Below are positions 50,410 through 59,656 of a stretch of 64,000 nt of DNA, piece by piece. The notes under the pieces are model-generated. The model did not search any database and was not told the DNA's origin. It saw only the letters and a program-made list of their open reading frames with translations. The stretch is from an uncultured Gemmatimonadales bacterium (GTDB taxonomy: Bacteria > Gemmatimonadota > Gemmatimonadetes > Longimicrobiales > RSA9): positions 576,001 through 640,000 of the forward strand of contig CAWCUS010000002.1 of the NCBI GenBank assembly GCA_963798845.1, written 5' to 3'. The translations under genes and the position numbers were made by a program. Position 1 is the first letter of the stretch. Every line of letters starts with the position of its first letter.

Positions 50410-52365
50410 TCAGCGCGCTGCTTCCTCCAATTGCTGCTCCACCTCTTCCCATGCCTCCATCAGCGCCTCCAGCTCGGCGCCCAGCGTTTCGCGCTCCTGC
50501 TCCAGGGAGCGGATCACTTCAACACGGTCGGCGCCGTAGAGCCCCGGGTCGGTGAACGCGCGCTGGATCTCGGTCAGGCGTGACTCGGCGGCGTCTATCT
50601 TGCCCGTCAGCTCGTCACGGCGCAGCGCCAGCTTGAAGGGGTTGAGCGGCGGCCGACGAGGCTCCGAGGTCGCCGGCCGGGACGGTTCCTCCGCGCCGTC
50701 GTTCGAGCGCGCCGCCTTCTCCTTCCGCTTGCCGGAGCGTGCCTTCTCCAGCACCGCATCGGCGTCCAGGTGGTCATCGCCGAGGGCGTGCACGTACTCC
50801 TCGTACGTGCCGCGGTAGTCGCGGATCCCGGCGGCGGAGATCTCGACGATGCGATTGGCGAGCTGGCCGACGAACCAGCGGTCGTGGGAGACCAGCATGA
50901 GGGTCCCGTCGAACGCCCGGAGCCCGTCCACCAGCGCTTCGATGGACTCCATGTCCAGGTGGTTCGTGGGCTCGTCGAGCACCAGGACGTTGGGGCGGTC
51001 CAGGGCGAGCCGGCAGAAGACCAGGCGCGCCGCCTCGCCGCCCGAAAGCGCGGACAGGCGCTTCTCCGCCTCGTCGCCCGAGAACAGCAGCATGCCCAGC
51101 GAGCCGCGCAAATAGGTGGTGGTGAGCCCGGGCGCGTGGTGCGCGATCCACTGCTCCGCCGTGATCGACTCCTGGCCCAGCTGTTCGTGGTGGTCCTGCG
51201 CGAAGTAGCCGGGCTGCGCCGCGTACCCCCATTCCACCTGACCCGCGTCGGCCTCCATCTCGCCCACCAGGATCTTCAGCAGCGTGGACTTGCCGATCCC
51301 GTTCGGGCCTATGATGGCCAGCCGGTCACCTCGCCGGACCTGGAGGTCGACGCCATGGAGCACCCGGTTCTCACCGAATGACTTTTCGATCCCCCTCGCC
51401 TCCAGAACATCCCGCCCGCTCGGACGCCGGGGGTGGAATCGGAAGGTCGGGTAGCGACGCGACGACGGCGGGAGCGGCTCGAGCTCCTCCGTCCTCTTCT
51501 CGATCAGCCGGATCTTGCTCTGAGCCTGCCTCGCCTTGCTCGCTTTGGCGCGGAATCGGTCGACGAACTGCTGGTGGTGAGCGATCTCCTTCTCGCGCGA
51601 TTCGATCTCCTTCTCGCGCCGCTCGCGCTCCTCCTGCTTCAGCTCCACGAAGTCGGTGTAGTTGCCCGGGTAGGGCGTGACCGTGCGGTAGTCGACGTCG
51701 AGGACGTGCGTGGCCACGTTGTCCAGGAAGCGGTGGTCGTGCGAGATCACCAGCACCGGGCCGGCGAAGTCCCGCAGGAACTTCTCCAGCCAGCGGATGG
51801 ACACGATGTCGAGGTGGTTCGTCGGCTCGTCCAGGAGCAGCGCGTCCGGCTTCCCGGACAGCGCCTGCGCGAGCAGGACGCGCAGCTTGAAGCCACCCGA
51901 GAGCGTGGAGAGCGGGCGACGATGGACCTCGGCCGGGATCCCGAGCCCCTCGAGGATCTCGGCCGCGCGGGCCTCGGCGGCGTAGCCGTCGTGCCGCTCG
52001 ATGGTCTCCTCGAGATGGCCGTACCGCTTCGCGTCGAAATGTTCGGCCGCCCTGGCCAGAAGCCGCTCCTTCTCCACCAGCGCTTGCCACAGCTCCGCGT
52101 TCCCGCGCATGGCCACGCCCAGGATCTCCTCGTCCTCGTAGAGGAACTGGTCCTGCCGGAGCACGCCCAGATCGGCGCGCGACGGGATGGCGACGGAGCC
52201 GGACGACGGCTCCTCGTCGCCCGAAAGGATGCGCAGCAGGGTGGTCTTCCCGGAGCCGTTGGCGCCGACCAGGCCGTACCGCTGGCCCGGGTTCAGCTGG
52301 AAGCTGGCCCGCTCGAACAGCGTCTGTGCGCCGAACGACTTCGACAGGTTGGAAACGGAAATCAT
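50410..52365 (-). CDS. ABC-F family ATPase (YbiT-like ribosome-associated)
   Basis: Two NBDs (GANGSGKT/LSGG/LLDEPTNHLD; GPNGIGKS/LSGGE/LDEPTNHLD), ISHD, no TM, C-terminal coiled coil. Confidence 0.95.
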   Translation of the reverse strand: MISVSNLSKSFGAQTLFERASFQLNPGQRYGLVGANGSGKTTLLRILSGDEEPSSGSVAIPSRADLGVLRQDQFLYEDEEILGVAMRGNAELWQALVEKERLLARAAEHFDAKRYGHLEETIERHDGYAAEARAAEILEGLGIPAEVHRRPLSTLSGGFKLRVLLAQALSGKPDALLLDEPTNHLDIVSIRWLEKFLRDFAGPVLVISHDHRFLDNVATHVLDVDYRTVTPYPGNYTDFVELKQEERERREKEIESREKEIAHHQQFVDRFRAKASKARQAQSKIRLIEKRTEELEPLPPSSRRYPTFRFHPRRPSGRDVLEARGIEKSFGENRVLHGVDLQVRRGDRLAIIGPNGIGKSTLLKILVGEMEADAGQVEWGYAAQPGYFAQDHHEQLGQESITAEQWIAHHAPGLTTTYLRGSLGMLLFSGDEAEKRLSALSGGEAARLVFCRLALDRPNVLVLDEPTNHLDMESIEALVDGLRAFDGTLMLVSHDRWFVGQLANRIVEISAAGIRDYRGTYEEYVHALGDDHLDADAVLEKARSGKRKEKAARSNDGAEEPSRPATSEPRRPPLNPFKLALRRDELTGKIDAAESRLTEIQRAFTDPGLYGADRVEVIRSLEQERETLGAELEALMEAWEEVEQQLEEAAR

Positions 52366-52493
52366 GGCGGCGGGAATCTAGCGGTGGAACCAGGGCGTGT
52401 GCAGGGAGGGGGGCGCAGGAATTGCCCCGGCCGGAGTGAAGGTGGCATCATGCGGGAGTGCGTTCCGACCAGCGATACATCCGGAGGGAAGTG

Positions 52494-52808
52494 ATGGCAG
52501 TGCTCGAATCGCCGACGCCGATGGTCGACCTCGTCGCCTACCAGGAGGGTTCGGTCGTGAGCCGGAAGTTGGTGGCGGAGAAGGGGGGAAACACGACGGC
52601 GTTCGCGTTCGCCGAAGGCGAGGAGCTGAGCGAGCACACGACACCGTTCGCCGCGCTGCTCCACGTCATCGACGGCGAGGCTAGGATCCGCATCGGCGAG
52701 GACTGGCACAGCGTGGCGGCGGGGGAGGGGATGATCCTCCCGGCCAACCGGCCGCATGCGGTGAAGGCGGAGCAGCGGTTCAAGATGCTGCTGACGATGG
52801 TGCGGTAG
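52494..52808 (+). CDS. Cupin domain protein
   Basis: YQEGSVVSR, FAFAEGEELSEHT.PF, PANRPHAV, FKMLL; GGAGGG RBS. Confidence 0.92.
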   Translation: MAVLESPTPMVDLVAYQEGSVVSRKLVAEKGGNTTAFAFAEGEELSEHTTPFAALLHVIDGEARIRIGEDWHSVAAGEGMILPANRPHAVKAEQRFKMLLTMVR

Positions 52809-52971
52809 GAGGGGCCATGGGTCGGAAGAGCAGGCGGAAGGGGAACGGGCGGGCACCGGCTGCGCCAAAGCCCGCGAGGCCGGTGGCGCCGCCCGGGCCG
52901 CCCCGGCGGACGCGGCCGGCGTCGCCCGCGCCGCCTCGTCGCGGCGCCTGAGCCCGTTGCCGCTTCCGGCT

Positions 52972-54027
52972 TCAGTCCGCGAGCTCGCGGGACCAGGCCC
53001 TGAACGCCATCTCCGGGTACCGCCGCGAGAACATGTGCCACTCGCCGAGGGAGGCGGGGACGGTGTAGTCGGCGGCCGCCTGCTCGACCGGTCGCCCGCT
53101 TTCGATGGCCCGGCGCGCGGCGGCCTCCACGTGGTCCAGGAGTGCGATGTATCGGTCCAGGTCCTCCGGTGTGGCCAGCGTGCCGTGACCGGAGACGTAC
53201 GTCTCCGCGTTCTGCGCCCGGAGCGCGCGCACGTGGCGCGAGAGCCGGGACGGGATCGCGTCGACGTAATTGGGGAACATCCCCATCCAGACCAGGTCGC
53301 CGGTGAAGATCACGGGGGCATCGGCGAGCTCGATCACCAGGTCGCTGGGCGTGTGGCCTTCCCGGCCGACCAGGCGAACCGTGCGGCCGCCGAGGTCCAG
53401 CTCCACGGGGTCGCCCTGGTCCGGCAGGAGGTGGTCGGGAAGGAGTACGGGCGTGGCCGACGTGGCGTCGTCGGGCAGCGCCTCCTCGTGCCCCGCGGTG
53501 AGTCGCCGGGTGGTCCGGGTGGCGATCATGGTGGGCGGCGCCCCATCGCGCACGTAGCCCACGGTTCCGCTCGTATGGTCGGCGTGGTAGTGAGTGAGCA
53601 CGACATGGGTCGGGCGACGGCCCACCCGCCGCTCTGCCTCCTCGGCCAGCCACGCGGCGCCCGCCGGGGTCCCGAACCCTTCCACGGCCAGGACCGCGTC
53701 CCGCCCCGCGACCAGGCCGCCGTTGCACACCGTTCGCCGGGCGTCCGGGCTGTCGGCGAGCGGAGTGGAGACCACGGCCCAGGTGTCGTCGGCGATGGGG
53801 ACGAGGCTCCCCCACGGCTCCGGCGCTGGGGCGGCACGAAGCCAGCCGCCGGAGCGAGCCGAGCCCGAAAGGCCGGCCGGGGCCGCGCGAGCGCGCCCGG
53901 GGAGGAGCCCGCCCGCGGTCAGGGCCGCTGCGCCGGCCGCGGCGGCCCGTACGAACGCCCTCCGTCCCATGCCGCCGTCCGCCACGGCTCCAGCCTCGAT
54001 CTTCCGCTCCGGATCCCGCTCGCTCAT
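52972..54027 (-). CDS. Tat-exported MBL-fold metallo-hydrolase
   Basis: MGRRAFV Tat motif; THYHADH, GHTPSD, FTGDL, SGHG. Confidence 0.9.
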   Translation of the reverse strand: MSERDPERKIEAGAVADGGMGRRAFVRAAAAGAAALTAGGLLPGRARAAPAGLSGSARSGGWLRAAPAPEPWGSLVPIADDTWAVVSTPLADSPDARRTVCNGGLVAGRDAVLAVEGFGTPAGAAWLAEEAERRVGRRPTHVVLTHYHADHTSGTVGYVRDGAPPTMIATRTTRRLTAGHEEALPDDATSATPVLLPDHLLPDQGDPVELDLGGRTVRLVGREGHTPSDLVIELADAPVIFTGDLVWMGMFPNYVDAIPSRLSRHVRALRAQNAETYVSGHGTLATPEDLDRYIALLDHVEAAARRAIESGRPVEQAAADYTVPASLGEWHMFSRRYPEMAFRAWSRELAD

Positions 54028-54099
54028 GACCGTTCCTCGCGTCGACTGTGTGTGGTCAATATCGGGTCCCGCCGACCCTCGCGCGACCGGCCGGCCGCG

Positions 54100-54783
54100 T
54101 CAGCGGCTGAGGGGCTCGCGGGCGCCGAGGACGCGGAGGTTGCGGGCGAAGCGGACCAGGAGCATCAGGAACATGATGCCGATGCCCGACGTGACGATCG
54201 GGTTGGCGAACGGCTTGATGGCCGTGGGGGAAAGGCCGTTGATCACGGCGAAGTAGAGCCCCGTGTTGACGATCGCCATGCCGATGCGCCCTTCGGTGGG
54301 GCCGAAGCGACCGTACGAGATGTTGAAGACCCCGTACACCGCCGACTCCAGGTACACGTTGATGGAGAGCATCAGGTAGACGATCACCAGCAGAAGCGAC
54401 ACCCAGAGGGAGATGAAGGGCGAGAGTCCCATCCCGCCCGCGATGAGGGCCGTGGTCACCGCGTCGACGGCGTGGTCGATGTAGTAGCCGTACTTCGGTC
54501 GCTCGCGATGCCGGAGGCGGGCGACGGTGCCATCGAGGCTGTCCCCGAACCAGTTCACCACCAGCATCCCGGTCGCCAGCCACAGCCACCCGGGGCTGAG
54601 CTCCGAGAGTGCGTAGCTCGCGGTGACGCCCACCGCGCCGATCACCCCGACGACCGTCAGCTGGTCCGAGGTCAGCCAGCTGGGGAGACGGCGAGCGATC
54701 GCCTGCAGCACGCGTCGCTCGGGACCGGCCAGCAGGAACGTCATCTCCCGCCGGGATTTCTCGCCGCCGCCCCCAGCGCTCAA
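54100..54783 (-). CDS. CDP-alcohol phosphatidyltransferase family protein
   Basis: DSLDGTVARLR....PKYGYYIDHAVD signature; TTG start with GGAGGTG RBS. Confidence 0.92.
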   Translation of the reverse strand: MSAGGGGEKSRREMTFLLAGPERRVLQAIARRLPSWLTSDQLTVVGVIGAVGVTASYALSELSPGWLWLATGMLVVNWFGDSLDGTVARLRHRERPKYGYYIDHAVDAVTTALIAGGMGLSPFISLWVSLLLVIVYLMLSINVYLESAVYGVFNISYGRFGPTEGRIGMAIVNTGLYFAVINGLSPTAIKPFANPIVTSGIGIMFLMLLVRFARNLRVLGAREPLSR

Positions 54784-54951
54784 ACACACCTCCACGATCG
54801 TCTCGGCTCCGCGTCCGGGGGAGCCTAGCCGCCGCCGCGTGTCTCCGCCAGTCCGCGCGAGCGCCGCCGGTGCCCCGGGGAACGTTGACAAATCACCGCC
54901 CTGGCGCTCTTCATCACGGTCCCGGTTCCCGGCAGCACGAAAGCAGCGCAC

Positions 54952-57069
54952 GTGAGAGCTCTCTCCCTCATTGTCGCCCTCGCCCCGGCCATCTCTTCCA
55001 GCCCCGCGCCGGCGGCATTCCCGATCCCGCCGTCGAGCCTCCAGGCCTCGCCATGGGCGACGACGGTCCCGGCCGACACCGGGGGCGTGGACACGGTCCG
55101 GTCGGACGCCGCCGCGGCGGACAGCTCCGCCGCTGCGTACCGCCTGGGGGAGATCGTGGCCAGCGTGGAGCGCCCGGTGTCGGAAGCCGCGGCAACGGTC
55201 CGGGTGATCACGGCGCGCGAGATCGAGGCGACCGGGGCGAGGACGCTGGACGAAGCGCTCCTGCTGGTGCCTGGGCTGGAGGTCCGCACCGGAGGCCAGG
55301 GAGTGCCGCGAGTCGACCTGCGGGGTCTCCGCTCGCGGCACGTGCTGCTTCTGCTGAACGGGATCCCGCTGAACTCGACGTACGACGGCCAGTTCGATCC
55401 GGCGTTCATCCCGACCGAGGAGATCGAGCGCATCAAGGTGACCACCGGCACGGGCTCGGTGCTGTACGGGGAGGGCGGCCTGGCGGGAACGATCAACGTC
55501 ATCACACGCTCAGGGGGGCGGCGCCTGTCGGGAGAAGCCTCGGCCGAAGCCCGTGAGGTGGATGGGGGGCTGGCCTCGGTACGCGCGGGGACGGGCACGG
55601 AGCACGTGTCGGTGTTCGCCTCGGGCAGCATCGCCTCCGTGAACGGCTTTCCCTCGCTGACCGGGTCTCCCGCGGCCGGCTCGCCAGGTGAGGAGGGGGT
55701 ACGGGGCAACAGTGACAGGAAGAGAGCGAACGGGATGGCGCTGGTGACGGCGTCGCCGGCCGCGGGAGTGCAGCTCGGGCTGGCCGCCGGGGTGAGCCGG
55801 GGCGAGTACGGGATCCCGCCGGAAGTGCAGGCCGATCCGGAAGACCGGTTCGCGCGCAGCCCGACGTACGACCGGGTGGAGGCGCGCGACGACGGCTACG
55901 CGCAGATGGCGGCCTCGCTGGGCTCGCCGGGCGGGCCGCGGCTCCGTTCCTGGGCTTACGTGAACGGCCTGGACCTGCACGAGGCGCGCTACGACGACTC
56001 CACGTACAGCTCCATGGAGGCGCGGGGCAGCTACGATTCCCACACGCGCACGCGGCTCACGGGCGTGGGCGTGCAGGCGGCGTCGAAGGCGGGTCGGCTG
56101 GGGCGGCTGACCCTCGGTCTGTCCGCGCAGCGCGACGCCTGGACGCTGCACCTGCGGGTGCGCAATGCGGCGGTCGGCTCCGGCCGCGACCGCACGTGGG
56201 AAATGCGCTCCTTCCACGACGATCGAACGCTCGCCCGCTACGGCACGGCGCTCGAGTACCAGGTCCGGCCCACGGACCGTCTCGGGATCGTGGCCGGCTA
56301 CATGCACCACTGGCTGCGGCGTGATGCCGCCGCCGACACCGCGCCGCGGGAGGAGGGGACCACCGGCGCGGACGGCTTGATGGCGGCGGTCAGCTTCGAC
56401 GCTTCCTCCAGCACGCGGCTGAGGGTGGCGGCGTCGCGCAAGTTCCGGTTCCCGACGATCCGGCAGCTGTACGACGAGGTGGCGGGGAACCCGACCCTGG
56501 GCACGGAGCGGTCCGACGTGGTGGAGGCGGGTGTGCACCAGCAGTTGCGTCGGGTGATGGTGGACGTGACAGTGTACAGGATGACGATCCACGACTTCAT
56601 CGAGCGCCCGTCGCGGAACGAGCCGTTCGCGAACTTCCAGCGCTACCGGTTCACCGGCGTCGAGCTGGCCGCCGAGGCGCGGCCAACGGACGCGCTCACG
56701 CTGCGGGGCGGGTACACGTTCATGGACGCCGTGGACGCGTCCGCAGGCGCGGGACGGCAGGAGCTCCAGTACCGGCCGCGTCACCACGCCACGCTGGAGA
56801 CGGGCTACGCCTTCCCGTTCGGCTTCGCCGCCACCGCCACCGCGAGCCGCGTCGCAGGTCAGTACTATTACTCCCGCCAGGAGCCGGTGGAGAAGGGGCA
56901 GCTCCCCGACTACACGATCGTGGGCCTCCGGCTCGTGCAGGACCTGTCCTGGCAGAACGCGGCGGTCTACGCCGGCGCGGACAACCTGTTCGACGTGGGG
57001 TACGAGGAGGAGTACGGCTCTCCCCGGGCGACCCGGACGCTCTACGTTGGAGCGCGCGTCCGATGGTGA
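54952..57069 (+). CDS. TonB-dependent receptor (BtuB/CirA-like, non-SusC)
   Basis: Signal peptide; plug VITAREIEATGARTLDEAL..VPG, LRG, IERIKV..G.GSVLYG, GTINVIT; ADNLFD..YEE, C-terminal W. Confidence 0.93.
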   Translation: MRALSLIVALAPAISSSPAPAAFPIPPSSLQASPWATTVPADTGGVDTVRSDAAAADSSAAAYRLGEIVASVERPVSEAAATVRVITAREIEATGARTLDEALLLVPGLEVRTGGQGVPRVDLRGLRSRHVLLLLNGIPLNSTYDGQFDPAFIPTEEIERIKVTTGTGSVLYGEGGLAGTINVITRSGGRRLSGEASAEAREVDGGLASVRAGTGTEHVSVFASGSIASVNGFPSLTGSPAAGSPGEEGVRGNSDRKRANGMALVTASPAAGVQLGLAAGVSRGEYGIPPEVQADPEDRFARSPTYDRVEARDDGYAQMAASLGSPGGPRLRSWAYVNGLDLHEARYDDSTYSSMEARGSYDSHTRTRLTGVGVQAASKAGRLGRLTLGLSAQRDAWTLHLRVRNAAVGSGRDRTWEMRSFHDDRTLARYGTALEYQVRPTDRLGIVAGYMHHWLRRDAAADTAPREEGTTGADGLMAAVSFDASSSTRLRVAASRKFRFPTIRQLYDEVAGNPTLGTERSDVVEAGVHQQLRRVMVDVTVYRMTIHDFIERPSRNEPFANFQRYRFTGVELAAEARPTDALTLRGGYTFMDAVDASAGAGRQELQYRPRHHATLETGYAFPFGFAATATASRVAGQYYYSRQEPVEKGQLPDYTIVGLRLVQDLSWQNAAVYAGADNLFDVGYEEEYGSPRATRTLYVGARVRW

Positions 57070-57776
57070 CGGCCGGCCCGGGCATGCAGCGCTTCCTCAC
57101 GCTCGATGAGGTCCTGCTCGGGCAGTCCCGCGTCCCCACGCTGGCGGGGCGCCACCGCGTGCGGGCGGCGGAGCTCGCCACGCTGCTCGGTCTCGGGATC
57201 TGCGCCGCGGCGCTCACCACCTTCGTACACCTCGGGCTGCGCGTGCCCGGGCACCACATCGTTTTCGCAGTGTTCCCCGTGGCGCTCGGGCTCGCGCTCG
57301 TGCCGCGACGGGCGGCCGGGTCGGTCATGGGCGCGGGCGCGGCGGCGGGGGTCGTCGCCTTCGGCTTCATGGGCTTCCACCTTCCGGGTCCGGGGGCGCT
57401 GACCAGCTTGCTCCTCACCGGTCCGCTGCTGGACGTGGCGCTCCGCATCGGCCGACGCGGCGTTCGCCTGCACCTTGCCTTCCTCCTCGGCGGCGCGGCT
57501 GCCAACGCCATCGCCTTCGTCGTGCGCGGCGCCACCAGGGCCGCCGGGCTCCACGCAATGGCGGGCGCGCGGCCGTTCCCGGCCTGGTTCTCGCAGGCCG
57601 TCTGGACGTACGCTGCCGCCGGGCTCGTGGCGGGCGGCGTGAGCGCCCTCGCCTGGTTCCACATCGGCGTGCGGTGGAGAGGCGAGCGAGGTAGCGGGGC
57701 CGATGCCCCAGCCGGGACGGATGAGCCTGGAGCAGAAGACCCCGGGCGCGACCGACGCCCTCGCCGGAATCCGTGA
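57063..57776 (+). CDS. Hypothetical 5-6 TM membrane protein, ECF S-component-like
   Basis: Hydrophobic Gly/Ala-rich helices, LRVPGHH motif, GPLLD; start overlaps receptor stop. Confidence 0.7.
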   Translation: MVTAGPGMQRFLTLDEVLLGQSRVPTLAGRHRVRAAELATLLGLGICAAALTTFVHLGLRVPGHHIVFAVFPVALGLALVPRRAAGSVMGAGAAAGVVAFGFMGFHLPGPGALTSLLLTGPLLDVALRIGRRGVRLHLAFLLGGAAANAIAFVVRGATRAAGLHAMAGARPFPAWFSQAVWTYAAAGLVAGGVSALAWFHIGVRWRGERGSGADAPAGTDEPGAEDPGRDRRPRRNP

Positions 57777-57791
57777 CGGGAGAGGATCTCG

Positions 57792-58745
57792 ATGGAGCTG
57801 CACGGCGTTCACCACCTGACCGCGATCACCGCCGATGTCCGGGAGAACCACCGCTTCTACACGCGCGTTCTCGGCCTGCGCCTGGTCAAGCGGAGCGTCA
57901 ACCAGGACGACGTCTCCGCGTACCACCTCTTCTACGCCGACGGCGAAGGGCGTCCGGGCACGGACATCACGTTTTTCGACTGGCCCGTCCCCCCCGAGCG
58001 ACGGGGCACGCGCAGCCTGGTGAGGACGCACATGCGGGTGGCCGACCGCACCTCGCTGGAATGGTGGCTCGAGCGCCTGGACGGGAGCGGAGTTGCGCAC
58101 GCCGGGATCGTGGAGCGTGACGGCCGCGCCACCATCGACTTCGAGGACCCCGAGGGGCAGCGGCTGTCGCTGATCGAGGACGGCGGCGAGGGCGATCCGC
58201 CGTCGTACTGGGACGGGTGCCCGGTGCCGCAGGAGCACCAGATCCGCGGCCTCGGGCCGATTGTCATGAGCGCCCCCACGCTGCAGCCCACGGACATCAT
58301 CCTCACCGAGGTTCTCGGCATGAACGCGGTCAGGGAGTATGACGACCCGGTTTACGGCCCTGGCGGGGTGCACGTCTTCCGCATGGCCGCCGACGGCCCG
58401 CAGGGGGAGCTGCACGTGGCGGTGCAGCCCGATCTCCAGCCCGCGCGCCAGGGCGCCGGCGGCGTCCACCACGTGGCGTTCCGCACTCCCGACGAGGACG
58501 AGTACGAGGCGTGGGTGGAGCGGCTCGGCGAGCTGGGCGTCCCGAACAGCGGCCCGGTGGACCGCTTCTGGTTCCGCAGCCTCTATTTCCGCGAGCCGAA
58601 CGGCGTCCTCTTCGAGATCGCCACCGACGGACCCGGCTTCGCCGTGGACGAGAACCCCGACACACTGGGCGAGAAGGTTGTCCTGCCCCCGTTCCTGGAG
58701 CCGCGGCGCGACGCGATCCTGGCGGGGCTCAAGCCGATTGAGTAG
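57792..58745 (+). CDS. VOC-family ring-cleaving dioxygenase (MhqA/MhqO-like)
   Basis: GVHHLTAI, LVKRSVNQDD...YHLFY, GTDITFF, VHHVAFR, DRFWFRSLYFREPNGVLFEIATDGPGF. Confidence 0.95.
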   Translation: MELHGVHHLTAITADVRENHRFYTRVLGLRLVKRSVNQDDVSAYHLFYADGEGRPGTDITFFDWPVPPERRGTRSLVRTHMRVADRTSLEWWLERLDGSGVAHAGIVERDGRATIDFEDPEGQRLSLIEDGGEGDPPSYWDGCPVPQEHQIRGLGPIVMSAPTLQPTDIILTEVLGMNAVREYDDPVYGPGGVHVFRMAADGPQGELHVAVQPDLQPARQGAGGVHHVAFRTPDEDEYEAWVERLGELGVPNSGPVDRFWFRSLYFREPNGVLFEIATDGPGFAVDENPDTLGEKVVLPPFLEPRRDAILAGLKPIE

Positions 58746-58764
58746 GGCCGCCAGCGCAGGTGAG

Positions 58765-59602
58765 ATGGGGCCGGCCGCCGGGCCCGACCTCCTCATCGGC
58801 CTGGACGACACCGACGTCGTGGGCTCGCCGGGGACCAACCAGCTCGCGCGCCGCATCGCCGACGCGCTTCCGCATGGGTTCATCGCCGACGTGGTGCTCC
58901 GGCATCAGCTGCTGAAGGACCCGCGGATCCCGTTCACGAGCCAGAACGGCAGCGCCTCGATCGGCGTCCGGGTGTCCGCGGAGATGGCCCGGGCGCTGCC
59001 CGTCGGCCCGTCCGCCGCGCTGCCGATGGCGGAGGCTGTCGACTCGCCCCTCCACGGCCTGCTGGCCTTCCTGCGTGCCGAGATCCTGGCGTTCGCGCCT
59101 CCGGGCAGTGATCCCGGGCTCGCCGTCGCGCACGCCCGCCTGTTTCCGCCGACGCGGACGCCACACTCCGCCGGCAGCGGGCCCGGCCAGCCGCGGTCGG
59201 ACGCTGGCGGCTTACGGCCGCCGCTGCCAGAGCGAGCCGATCACACAGGGAGCGGCGAGGGAGCTGGCCGGGAGCCACGGCATTCACCTCGAGGGGCTCG
59301 GTGGAACCGAGGACGGCATCATCGGCGCGCTCGCCGCCGTGGTCCTGCGGGCGGGCGGCGAAGATGGCCGCGTGGTCCACCGCCGGGGCTGGCCCTGGCC
59401 CGACCCCTTCACGGGCCTTCGCACGGTCGAGGAGGTGCACGCCCGCGGCGTGGATGAGGTGAGGGTGCTCGCCACGGGAGCGCCCGTGCACCAGGGGCTC
59501 GTCGATGTCGGGAAGCGGCTCCGCCCGGCTTTCCGCGGGGGTCGGGTCGTCCTGTTCGTCGAGTCCGGTGAGGCGGCGTGGCGCGGGCTCAAAGTGCCGT
59601 GA
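58765..59602 (+). pseudogene. TiaS N-terminal kinase-domain-like protein (IGLDDTD family), frameshifted between about 59135 and 59200
   Basis: Frame 1: IGLDDTDVVGSPGT, RHQLLKDPRIPFTSQNGSA, GSDPGLAV; +1 frame: YGRRCQ, HLEGLGGTEDGIIGALAAV, GEDGR. Confidence 0.82.
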
Positions 59603-59656
59603 CTGGCGGCGCGGGGCGTCGTATGTTGCCGGGTCGCTCGCAGAAACGACCGTGAG

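Noticed and set aside
52972..54027. Antibiotic-resistance metallo-beta-lactamase
   Set aside because: HxHxDH only shows the MBL fold; no evidence for beta-lactam substrate
54784..54951. Cobalamin riboswitch or Fur box ahead of the TonB receptor
   Set aside because: Only a TTGACA at 54885 and a short leader; no B12-box or AT-rich Fur palindrome is recognisable, so the receptor is not called btuB
58765..59602. True tiaS tRNA-modifying enzyme
   Set aside because: Too short and lacks the OB-fold and Zn-ribbon domains, so no gene symbol was given
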